A stretch of DNA of 64,000 nt, taken from Tubulanus polymorphus. Taxonomy: Eukaryota > Animalia > Nemertea. The notes under the pieces were generated by a model. That model searched no databases, was not told the DNA's origin, and was given only the letters and a program-made list of their open reading frames with translations. The stretch spans positions 1,037,355 through 1,101,354 of the forward strand of contig NC_134030.1 in assembly GCF_964204645.1 (NCBI RefSeq), given 5' to 3'. Shown piece after piece: positions 36,601-46,759 of the stretch. Within the stretch, counting starts at the first letter, position 1. Every line of letters begins with the position of its first letter. Both the position numbers and the translations under genes were made by a program.

Positions 36601-39600
36601 TTTCATGAGACACAGTTCAAACTGCTCTTGAATTTGAGTTTGTAATTAATGTATGTGATTATAATGAATTGTATTTTTGTTTTACAGCTTTGGCATTTCG
36701 GTTAAGTCGTGCGTTCCGGCGGGAGGAGTTCGTCAGAATATTTCTACCGGAGTGTAAGTAGTTTAACTATTTTCATACAATATCATTTAGTGTGACGTGT
36801 GTTACTGATTCAGGCACGGATCCAGGAATGTTTCCAAGACGGGGTTCATAAAAATGCTGACTAAAATCTCTAATAATAGCCGGGGCCTATACGGCATATT
36901 TTTTGGCCAAACATAAGGCCTTTTTTTAATAGCATGGTTTGGTTGCTCCCAAAATTTGAAGAAACATAAAATAAAAAAGAATTAGAAAAAAAATTTTTTA
37001 TTCCTGTCTGTGAAACAAATTCAGTGAAAAACCGAGCAAAAAAGATTTTTCACCTCGGCCGAATGAGAATCCTGGATTGAACGATGAAACAATTGAAAAA
37101 CGCGAGGTTCTTTTTTGATCGCAGTGTGCAGAATTCAAACTTTCCAAGAATCATTTGTTCGGACATATGTATATTGCCCTATTGACAGTTCCCTCTTCCT
37201 TCTAAAAGTGATTTTATCTCACTGAGGGAATTTTTAAAAAATTTTCTCTGAAATGATATGGTAGCGTTTCTTTTTTTGCTTTAAAAATTTTTTGGTAGCC
37301 GATCAGCGGGGTCACGACCCCTGAAACCCTCCCTGGATCCGCGCCTATGATATCTCCTCAAAATCTAATAAAAACTTTCAATGAATTAATGCTGTAATGA
37401 CGATATGTAGCCATCTGTCTATTTGAATGCATTTGCAAAAAGACAAAAAGAAATAGTAGCAGAATTTTGGCTAAAAGTTTAGAATACCCAAATTCAACAT
37501 TGCTTGCAGCAGACGGAATTTCCGCCATTTTGGTTAACAGGGGATTCCCCCCTCCGGTACTTCCCATGATCAATAGTGTCTATGACGCGTTGCGTACGGA
37601 ATGCCATGGAATTCCCTCACATGATTTATGATAATAATGTTTACTTGCATTCTGATTGGTTAAAATCGCGTGTAGTTTGAACGTAGGCAATGTTTACATT
37701 TGTAACGTCACCGGCGAGTCGCTGACATTAACGTAGTCATTGAGTTAACATTATCTTGCACTGAATGGTGATATCAATCGCATTCATTTTATAAATTTTT
37801 TGAATATGAATTTGTTTTTATATATCAACTGCGAGTAACAGTGTTACGCTATTGAGTCTTAAGAGACAGCCTTTATGGACCTTATTGGTTGTTATAACTC
37901 ACAAGCTGACTGAGTTAGCATTCTGGATCCGTCAGATTAGTTACTTCTAGAAAATATGTTAGTCACATTTTCGGACTATATTCTGGAAAACAGTGGAAGC
38001 TTGTATCCACCCTAGATTAGAACCAATCAGAATAGAACCAATCAGAATACACTATTTTACAGAAAATATATTTATGACAATTGCGTAAGGTTTTAGTAAA
38101 ATAGTGTTTTTTCTCGAGTAGTTGCCGAAGAAGCATAAAAATTTGATTCAATTTCATTCAGATTTAAACAAACAAATCGAATTTCATTTCATTCAGCGCA
38201 AACTTCAAATCTAATTAAAATTTTGTTCAGTATGAATAAGTTGCAAATCATTGAGAGGAAAAAATAATTAATTGTGTTACTTAAAAAAATCACAATTGTA
38301 CTGTGTTTATCAAAACAGGAGACCACAGGACCTTTGGTCCTCTAGTATTCTTTTCCTAGTTATTCCAAAAACACTAAAACAGTCCAATCAGCGATCGCTG
38401 CCAGACCAACACGATTACATTGAAATCAAACTTAAGTAACATCAGGCGCCCCCTGTTGGAATAATATTCATAGCCGTAGCATCGAAACCATTCGACTTGT
38501 TGTTTAATGTATTTCTCTCTATTTTTATTTTACAGTGATGAACATTTTACAAGACTGTCCGTTTGGGGACTTGGTGGGGGAATTCAAAAGAAACTTGGTT
38601 CCCGATAGGATACCACCACCGGTTAATCCTATGTCGCCCGCTGCTGCCCCTCCCCCACGTCCATTAAATTCGCCTCAGCAGCGGCCTGTCAGACAGCCGC
38701 CCCCGGCCGCCACTCGTTCGTCAGACAGAGTCCGGGGACGGCTGTTTGAAGGAGATCTGACGGAGGTAAGAATCTTTATTTGTTTTTAAATTTTATTCAG
38801 GATATCAGTTGAAGTTCAGCAAATAAATTACCAGACCTGTAAACAGAAGAGTAGTCATAAATTTCCATTTGCGGGTAAAACCCCATAGTCGAAAACCTTC
38901 GGTTATTGATCTATATCTGCTTAAGACCAATGGTTGTACACACGAGTGCGAAAACTTATCGCTCAAACTTTGATTGTATCCATGGTAACGCGTACAGTAT
39001 ACTATGCGTGACTTACCGTTTCCTATCACTGGAATACAATACTGTTTTTGACCATGAGCGCCATCTGCGGCGGTCATAACGGACTGACTGGTGATTGGCT
39101 GAAATGCTCGTCTACCGTGGTGACGATTATTCGGTGTTACACGTGCAGCAGACACGTCTCTGAATATCTAACATTTGATTGTTGTAACTCATCGGGAAAA
39201 ATATGTTTATGAGTCGATTTTTTGTCGAAATTTTGTTCGGCAGAAAATTGGCTGCGTACGTCAAGAAGGCGGCTGATATTTGTATCGTGTGACCCCTCGT
39301 CCCGGTAATATGCCGACCCACGTACACCTGAGACCAGTTGCATAGTCAGAGCTTAGAATTAAGACCGTTTTAAGACCAACTTAGTTCTATAGCCAATCTA
39401 ATAACTTAAGACCAGTCTTTAGATTTAAGACCACTTTTGGACTTAAGTCTTGACCATGGAATCGGCCCCAGATGCTTATTCCGCTGTATTGGATGCTGAC
39501 GTGCTCGTGTCTTCCAGCAATGTTGTTATTCACCAAAAATATCATGTTTTGTTCGAATAACACAATTCATCTGAGTCTGGGTTTAACGGATGACACGTTC

Positions 39601-40292
39601 AAACAGAACTACGAAATCAATATCAGAAGTCCTTTTATATTGAAACGGTCCCAGAAGTCCCTGTTATAATGGGTACTTTTTCAAAAAAAGTAACGAGAAC
39701 TCCGATGGCTTTCCGTATCGGTAAAAACTAACTATTTCTATGAGCGTCACTCGTAGATTTACCGAAACGCCACCTTGTGACACGATATCCTAACTACGTA
39801 TAGGTGTTTTATTTGCTGAATCGCTGGTTTCTCATTCTCATTTTTTATACTTGTGTTTAATTTTATACTAAACAAATTTTTCACTTTTTCTCTTTACAGA
39901 CACGACCACCGCCAAAAAAAACTAGAACAAAAAGGAAAAGAAAAGTTGCGGTCGTCGTGGCTCCGCAGGGAGGAGGAGCAAGAGTGGTCCCGGCGGATGG
40001 TGCGGCTGACGAAGGTAATCGGGAGGAAGGGGAGGGGATAAATAGGAAGCGGCCGAGGAGGGATGGTGGTGGGGCTGGGGATGGTGCGGGTCCTGCTCCT
40101 CCTGCTCCTCCATCCGTATCTCGGGCGGTCACTCGTTCACTCGCCAAAAAGCTGGCGAGTGAACGAGTGGCCCGAGAGGTAGAGGTGGTGGCCCGACATA
40201 CGGATGGAATGTGGGAGGAGCGGCTTCGTTCGGGGACAATTCCGGATTTGTTAACTGATTTAAAAAATATTCTTTCAGTGAAGGGATATTAG
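23290..40292 (+). CDS. Unrecognised 8-exon gene, 334 aa, disordered basic probably nuclear protein: join(23290..23352, 24511..24600, 25010..25054, 25425..25451, 27564..27654, 36688..36753, 38536..38765, 39900..40292)
   Basis: Each exon has a pyrimidine tract plus YAG acceptor and each intron starts GTAAG(T/A). Intron phases 0,0,0,0,1,1,0 join to 1005 nt from ATG to TAG with no internal stop. Paralogous exons differ mostly at third codon positions. Confidence 0.82.
23413..23519. mobile_element. MITE, PIF/Harbinger-like (second copy at 56856-56962)
   Basis: ~40-bp imperfect terminal inverted repeats (GGTCCAGTTTCACAAAAAGG... / ...CCTGTTTGTGAAACTAGGCC), flanked by CTG on both sides (CWG-type 3-bp TSD). 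Confidence 0.75.
24511..24600 (+). CDS. Exon 2: GTA-Q17-KFNISMSGID
   Basis: TTTTCTCTTTTATAG| ... GAC|GTAAGT, 90 nt. Confidence 0.88.
25010..25054 (+). CDS. Exon 3: FLPTTPPSGVPPSTP
   Basis: ATTTTCAG| ... CCG|GTAAGT, 45 nt. Confidence 0.88.
25425..25451 (+). CDS. Exon 4 (27-nt micro-exon): DLSPIQHVD
   Basis: TTTATCTTTACAG| ... GAC|GTAAGA. Confidence 0.78.
26210..26850. promoter_or_regulatory. Cluster of CTCF-like motifs in intron 4
   Basis: CCACCAGATGGCGC at 26273-26286 (+), CCACCAGGTGTCGC at 26487-26500 (-), and further AGATGGCGC half-matches near 26217 and 26745. Confidence 0.4.
27564..27654 (+). CDS. Exon 5: LSNN-S12-APLPPETPPDLQAR
   Basis: TTCTATTTACAG| ... AGA A|GTAAGT, 91 nt, phase 0 to 1. 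Confidence 0.85.
29316..30520. mobile_element. Non-autonomous DNA transposon (hAT-like termini, 5-bp TSD)
   Basis: Termini CAGGGTTC and GAACCCTG, CTGAA duplicated at 29311-29315 and 30521-30525, subterminal GCTTGAAA repeats at both ends. Confidence 0.85.
29777..30235. mobile_element. Nested non-autonomous TIR element (superfamily uncertain, possibly Zator-like)
   Basis: GGCCATCCAAAAAT..GTCTGTTTGCCGT at the left end versus ACGGCAAAACAGAC..ATTTGGGATGGCC at the right end; TTA on the left flank. Confidence 0.7.
30816..31082. repeat. 35-bp tandem repeat, ~7.5 copies
   Basis: GTCGAGGGACCGTTTAGGAAGTTCACGTCTTT(C/G)AC; period 35. Confidence 0.95.
31230..32030. repeat. 161-bp tandem repeat (~4.5 copies), possibly the internal array of a Helitron/Helentron-type non-autonomous element (~31140-32110)
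   Basis: GAGCCTTATTG restarts at 31270, 31432, 31593 and 31754; each unit contains CAAGATGGCCGCC. The element class is an inference. Confidence 0.8.
33907..36232. repeat. 63-bp satellite, ~37 copies
   Basis: CAATTCCAGTAAGTCAGGTTTAGGGAATAG... with period 63; it produces the spurious 784-aa and 299-aa ORFs. Confidence 0.97.
36688..36753 (+). CDS. Exon 6: (T)LAFRLSRAFRREEFVRIFLPE(L)
   Basis: TTTTTGTTTTACAG| ... GAG T|GTAAGT, 66 nt, phase 1 to 1. It is a GC-richer island in AT-rich flanks and single copy in this window. Confidence 0.72.
36811..37347. mobile_element. Non-autonomous TIR element in intron 6
   Basis: AGGCACGGATCCAGG ... CCTGGATCCGCGCCT, a 15-bp inverted repeat with 1 mismatch; no clear TSD. 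Confidence 0.65.
38536..38765 (+). CDS. Exon 7: MNILQDCPFGDLVGEFKRNLVPDRIPPP...VRGRLFEGDLTE
   Basis: TTTTATTTTACAG| ... GAG|GTAAGA, 230 nt, phase 1 to 0. Confidence 0.88.
39331..39468. mobile_element. Degenerate MITE in intron 7
   Basis: AGACCAGTTGCATAGTC.. versus ..GACCATGGAATCGGCCC imperfect inverted repeats, CTG/CAG flanks, internal TTAAGACC repeats. Confidence 0.5.
39900..40292 (+). CDS. Exon 8 (terminal): TRPPPKKTRTKRKRKV...NRKRPRR...RAVTRSLAKK...WEERLRSGTIPDLLTDLKNILSVKGY*
   Basis: TTTTTCTCTTTACAG acceptor, 393 nt open to TAG; same frame as supplied ORF 39957-40292. Confidence 0.88.
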   Translation, partial: TRPPPKKTRTKRKRKVAVVVAPQGGGARVVPADGAADEGNREEGEGINRKRPRRDGGGAGDGAGPAPPAPPSVSRAVTRSLAKKLASERVAREVEVVARHTDGMWEERLRSGTIPDLLTDLKNILSVKGY

Positions 40293-40924
40293 GTGCCTTG
40301 AACGCATGAGTCGTTCATGCGCGCCTAATATTCCTTCACTGAAAAAAAATCAACTATAACATGTACCACATATTTTTTGATTTAATTTTAGTCCAATTCC
40401 ACAATTATTTCGGCTTACAATAGTGTCTTCAATTCTTTAAAGCCCAAAGCACCTTTTTGACTCAACATCCAGTATGAAGGTGGCCGGGAATCGGGCCTGT
40501 TTTCTTCCATTTTTGTATCCCGCCCAGCATACTGGTTGTTGACTCGAAAAGGTGCTCGCTCTGGGAGCTTATCAAAGGCAGGTGATGGGAAAGGTGCCAT
40601 CACACACTCTCCTTTGATAAGTTTCCTAGAGTGTCACGGGCTTTAACGGGTTGAATTCACTATAATACCAATTTTCCAAAATCAATTTAATTTCTTTCAG
40701 GCCATTCTTTTTCCATGTTTTTCTGGTACATGTTATGGTTGATTTCCATTTTCGAAAATCCGGAATTGAAGCCGTTCGAAGTCGGGGGGATGGTGGTGGG
40801 GTTGGGTTAGTTTAGGGTTCCTCTCTGATTACCTTCTTTAGCTCATCATCCGTGCAGGTGGCGCTTGCTCTTCTAGCCGGTGTTCCCTGGGGTAAACATT
40901 TTAAATTTAAAAAATCAAAAATAA

Positions 40925-41400
40925 AAAAAAAATTATAAAATCTTTAAAAATCTCATCTCATTTCATCCAATTCATTTATTTGCGGGTGCGATGCCTATCG
41001 CACCCATTCATGTCATTCATCCAAAAAAAAATAAAAAACGAAAAACGAAAAAAAAATATTAAAATTAAAAAATCTCATCTCATTTCATCCAATTTATTTA
41101 TTTGCGGGTGCGATGCCTATCGCACCCATTCATGTCATTCATCAAAAAAAAATTAAAACTAAAAACGAAAAAAAATATAAAAATTTAAAAAATCTCATCT
41201 CATTTCATCCAATTTATTTATTTGCGGGTGCGATTCCTATCGCACCCATTCATGTCATTCATCCAAAAAAAAATAAAAAACTAAAAACGAAAAAAAAATA
41301 TTAAAATTAAAAAATCTCATCTCATTTCATCCAATTTATTTATTTGCGGGTGCGATTCCTATCGCACCCATTCATGTCATTCATCCAAAAAAAATTTAAA
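40925..41400. repeat. ~121-bp A-rich tandem repeat, 4 copies, each with a perfect 9-bp hairpin
   Basis: GGGTGCGAT-(G/T)CCT-ATCGCACCC in every unit. Confidence 0.92.
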
Positions 41401-41669
41401 AACTAGAAATTAAAGTTCTAAGTTTGTTGTTAGATTCTATTCAAAGAACGTTGTAAAGTTCTTAATTTGTCGTAAAAAACGTTAGAAAAAAAGAACTTCT
41501 TAAAGTTCTCAATCTGCCGTAAAATGCAATTGAAAAGATTATAACTCACATGAAAATTAAAAAGATAAAATAATTGATAAATAATCATTAATAAAAATTG
41601 AACTTTGGTCTCGCAATGTTTCCCCGTTATGCATTTTTTACTCGTCGTCAAACATCGGCAGCTCATCGT

Positions 41670-42360
41670 CGATACTCGCAGCTCGATACACACCAGCAGC
41701 TCGTCGTCGATACACACCAGCAGCTCGATACACACCAGCAGCTTGTCGTCGATACTCACCAGCAGCTCGATTCACACCAGCAGTTCGTCGTTGATACACA
41801 CCAGCAGTTCTTCGTCGATACACACCAGCAGTTCGTCATCGATACACACCAGCAGTTCGTCGTCGATACACACCAGCAGCTCGATACACACCAGCAGTTC
41901 GTCGTCGATACACACCAGCAGCTCGATACACACCAGCAGTTCGTCGTCGATACACACCAGCAGTTCGTCGTCGATACACACCAGCAGCTCGATACACACC
42001 AGCAGTTCGTCATCTATACACACCAGCAGTTTGTCGTCGATACACACCAGCAGTTCGTCGTCGATACACACCAGCAGTTCGTCGTCGATACACACCAGCA
42101 GTTGGATACACACCAGCAGCTCGATACTCAGCAGCAGTTTGATACACACCAGCAGCTCGTCGATACACACCAGCAGTTCGTCGTCGATACACACCAGAAG
42201 CTCGATACGCACCAGCAGCTCGTCGTCGATACACACCAGCAGCTCGATACTCACAGCTCGATACACACCAGCAGCTCGTCGATACACACCAGCAGCTCGA
42301 TACTCACCAGCAGCTCGATACACACCAGCAGCTCGTCGTCGATACACACCAGCAGCTTGA
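41670..42360. repeat. 18/24/27-bp minisatellite
   Basis: TCGATACACACCAGCAGC with or without TCGTCG extensions. Confidence 0.95.
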
Positions 42361-43332
42361 TACCAAAACAGCTTTTAGCTGGTGAAAACCTACCCCCCAT
42401 CGGGGTTAAACATGATCAAGCTATTATTCTAGGAATATAACTGTTGCAAGGGAAGTTAAGATTCATTAACCTAAACTTGATACAAAGAGATTATTGCTAA
42501 TTATGAATTTCAAGGGTTTAAAAACTGATTTAAAAATCTTGAAAGACGCTCGGTCTCACTAGAGATTTTCATCTTAAAGATTTATTGTCCTCTTACTATT
42601 GTTTAGGTGATCTATAATTTGGTAAATGCTGCTGTTGGAAAGATGCCAGAAGAAAGTTGATTCGTGCACATCTTCACTTCACGTATTTATTGCACAAGGC
42701 GCCGACTTGCACCTGCACTACACCATTCACACTTCACCACTTCTGCATCTTTATCAATTAATTCTGGCATCTATTTGAAAATTACTTTAAACATCAGATC
42801 TCAAACTGAAACATTGAGGTATTGAATTTCAAACTGAAATATCGAGCTATCGAATCTCGATCTCAAATGTTTACTGGAAGCCATATTTGATGTTGTATTA
42901 TTCATCATAGATTGTTTAGTGTTTTCTGGCATATGCGGGCCATTTAAGATGGTCAGATAAATTCCCCGGTGGAAAATATATCTCGTGGAAGAGTCATGGA
43001 AATGAAAAATATCTTATGTAGATGTGAAGTTAGGAACCTTGCAACAGTTATTCCACCTGAGGATAATTTGATATAAGATGAATCAGTTATTGGATCATTT
43101 AACTGAAGCCAAATATAGTGAAAAATCTTAGTAAAAATTTGTCTCAAACTACAATTGAAAGGACTTATCACAATTCTAATTCGACTCTAGGTGCGTTCAG
43201 AAGAACTTCTTAACAGTGAAAAAACTTGACTAAAAATCAGGAATCGACCCTGTTCATTGATAAGATTTGATCTTTATTTGAAGATTAAGAATCAAACTCG
43301 CTAATTCACAATTTTTGGTAGTAAATACTGTT

Positions 43333-43607
43333 GATCCATCATATTCGCAGCCCCCCGTGGGCTTACCAATCCATCATACGTGCAGCCACCTTGCGCTTAC
43401 CAGTCTATCATACTCGCAGCCCCAGTGGGCTTACCAATCCATCATACGTGCAGCCACCTTGCGCTTACCAGTCTATCATACTCGCGGCCCCAGTGGGCTT
43501 ATCAATCCATCATACGTGCAGCCCCCGTGGGCTTACCAGTCCATCATACTCGCAGCCCCAGTGGGCTTATCAATCCATCATACGCGCAGCCCCCTTGGGC
43601 TTATCAA
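43333..43607. repeat. ~35-bp imperfect tandem repeat, ~8 copies
   Basis: TC(C/T)ATCATAC..GCAGCC....G(G/C)GCTTA(C/T)CA repeated. Confidence 0.88.
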
Positions 43608-44477
43608 TGAGAAACATTCAGACATAGTAACCGTTTTACTCGTGCTTTTCAACGACACCGTCTTATCACTCTGTAGAACGGCGATCGCAGCGTGAAATTT
43701 GTAATCGTATTTCTCCGCTGAATTTGAATATTTGATACGCGACGCGCGTGATTGAAGCTTTGTTTATGTTCGTGCTTGCCGCGATGAATTGTCATAAATA
43801 TATCCTCCGTACAGGAGGACCATGAAAAGGTTTGAAGGGATCCCTAGTTAGCGCTTGTCCAGGTTTGGCTCTGGACCCGCTTGTTCGACTAGGCATCTTG
43901 TTGGAAATTTTGTCGACTGAAACTTCCGTAACTTTCGTTTTAGACCTCGCTGCTCGAAGAGCCGTTGCTGCGTCGGTTACTGTCATGCTTCGGCACAATT
44001 TTGAACGATTGTTGGAAACCGCCTTGTTCTTCTGCTGCAGATGTTGACTGTGTCGTACCCACAGTAAAGTAGCCATCTTAAATTCAAATAGTTTCGGACA
44101 TTTGAGGTCCTCATCAACTCCGAGTCTTCATTCAACTGCAGTTACTGCCATTTGCCAGTGTCTGATGTAGAAGTTCTGACTTGACATTTTGATTTTCAGA
44201 ATTAAAACCTTTTTTCTATTAAAGAAATTAGATATTGGTTAAAAAGAAATTAGATATTGGTTAAAAAACAAGTGAATAATTGTTTGTAAGAAAAAAGAAA
44301 ATCATGTTAGAAAAAAATATAGATGTAAGAAAAAAAAAGTATATTGTAAATCGACGAGACGACAGAACCAGCATCAGCAACAACAACATCAGAGGAAGCA
44401 GTAACCAGTTATTTATCAGCTCCATAAATTACTGAAACGAAATCCACAACTCGGAAACCAACCACACTCAACTCTAG

Positions 44478-46660
44478 AATTGTTCATACAACTGTCAACA
44501 TGGAGTTCATCTCACAAGCAAATTAGGTAATTATCTTATGAAATTGTATGAATTGCCAATTTAACATTTTTGCATTTCAAGTAGGTGTAATTGAATGTTT
44601 GTCAACCTTACTCTTATAAAACTGTGTTAACCGTTGAACAGGATTCTAAGACTGTGCAGAAAACCCGTTATCGCTGCTTTGCAGCTATAATTATCTGATA
44701 AATTAGTATGGAATGCCAATTTTACATTTTTGCATTTAAGTTTAAGTGAGTTTAAAATCACGTTTCATTTGTTGTTTATTTTGTCTTTTCAGTTTTCAAT
44801 TTGCCGAGATCAGTCGTCAAAAACTGTTACAACGGAAACTAAGATAACAAAGACTTGATTTGGCAAAGATTGAAGAAATCCTGCGAAAAGATTATTCATG
44901 AATTGTTCATACAACTGTCAACATGGAGTTCATCTCACAAGCAAATTAGGTAATTATCTTATGATTTTGTATGAAATGCTAATTTTTACTCGTTAATTTT
45001 TTACAAATAAGTTGACTTTGAAATCTTTATTAATTTCTTGTTTATTTTGTTTTTTCAGTTTTCAATTTGCCGAGATCAGTCATCAAAAACTGTTACAACG
45101 GAAACTAAGATAACAAAGACTTGATTTGGCAAAGATTGAAGAAATCCTGCGAAAAGCTTATTCAAGAATTGTTCATACAACTGTCAACATGGAGTTCATC
45201 TCACAAGCAAATTAGGTAGTTATCTTATGATTTTGTATGAAATGCTAATTTTTACTCGTTAATTTTTTACAAATAAGTTGACTTTGAAATCTTTATTAAT
45301 TTCTTGTTTATTTTGTTTTTTCAGTTTTCAATTTGCCGAGATCAGTCATAAAAAAACTGTTACAACGGAAACTAAGATAACAAAGACTTGATTTGGCAAA
45401 GATTGAAGAAATCCTGCGAAGAGATTATTCAAGAATTGTTCATACAACTGTCAACATGGAGTTCATCTCACAAACAAATTAGGTAATTATCTTATGGTTT
45501 TGTATGAAATGCTAATTTTACATTTTTGCATTTAAGTTTAAATGAGTTTAAAATCACGTTTCATTTGCTGTTTATTTTGTCTTTTCAGTTTTCAATTTGC
45601 CGAGATCAATCGTCAGAAAACTGTTTCAACGGAAACTAAGATAACAAAGACTTGATTTGGCAAAGATTGAAGAAATCCTGCGAAGAGATTATTCATGAAT
45701 CATATAACTGTCAACATGGAGTTCATCTCACGAGCAAATTAGGTAATTATCTTATGATTTGTATGAAATGCTAATTTTTACATTTAAGTTTAAATGAGTT
45801 TAAAATCACGTTTCATTTGTTGTTTATTTTGTCTTTTCAGTTTTCAATTTGCCGAGATCAGTCGTCAGAAAACTGTTACAATGGAAACTAAGATAACAAA
45901 GACTTGATTTGGCAAAGATTGAAGAAATCCTGCGAAGAGATTATTCAAGAATTGTTCATACAACTGTCAACATGGAGTTCATCTCACAAGCAAATTAGGT
46001 AGTTATCTTATGATTTTGTATGAAATGCTAATTTTTACTCGTTAATTTTTTACGAATAAGTTGACTTTGAAATCTTTATTAATTTCTTGTTTATTTTGTT
46101 TTTTCAGTTTTCAATTTGCCGAGATCAGTCATAAAAAAACTGTTACAACGGAAACTAAGATAACAAAGACTTGATTTGGCAAAGATTGAAGAAATCCTGC
46201 GAAGAGATTATTCAAGAATTGTTCATACTACTGTCAACATGGAGTTCATCTCACAAACAAATTAGGTAATTATCTTATGGTTTTGTATGAAATGCTAATT
46301 TTACATTTTTGCATTTAAGTTTAAATGAGTTTAAAATCACGTTTCATTTGCTGTTTATTTTGTCTTTTCAGTTTTCAATTTGCCGAGATCAGTCGTCAGA
46401 AAACTGTTACAATGGAAACTAAGATAACAAAGACTTGATTTCGGCAAAGATTGAAGAAATCCTGAGAAGAGATTATTCATGAATTGTTCATACAACTGTC
46501 AACATGGAGTTCATCTCACAAGCAAATTAGGTAATTATCTTATGATTTTGTATGAAATGCTAAATTTTACTCGTTATTTTTTTACTAATAAGTTGACTTT
46601 GAAATCTTTATTTATTTCTTGTTTATTTTGTCTTTTCAGTTTTGAATTTGCCGAGATTCA
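44478..46660 (+). ncRNA. ~265-bp tandem array of exon-intron cassettes; candidate spliced lncRNA
   Basis: Seven ~154-159-nt segments (44793-44949, 45059-45215, 45325-45482, 45589-45742, 45841-45998, 46108-46265, 46372-46530), each bounded by a pyrimidine tract plus CAG and by TAG|GTA(A/G)TT. The unit I translated has stops in all three frames. The repeat is certain; transcription is inferred. Confidence 0.55.
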
Positions 46661-46759
46661 CATGTAGCAGATATAATGGAATTAAGTATTGAGAACCGCA
46701 ACTTAACAATAAACCGGATCAACTTAATATAGTGCTGAGGACCAAAAATAAAGGATAAA

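Noticed and set aside
23290-40292. Assigning the protein to sororin, CENP-C, Cdt1 or a CDK inhibitor
   Set aside because: Only short generic motifs are shared and the diagnostic domains were not seen, so no gene symbol is given.
41430-42440. 280-, 251- and 191-aa ORFs (DTHQQ and SSIHT repeats)
   Set aside because: A minisatellite with units divisible by 3, open in many frames on both strands, with no splice or start context.
43792-44076. 94-aa basic ORF on the - strand
   Set aside because: No recognisable motif, paralogue or splice support; it cannot be called without a search.
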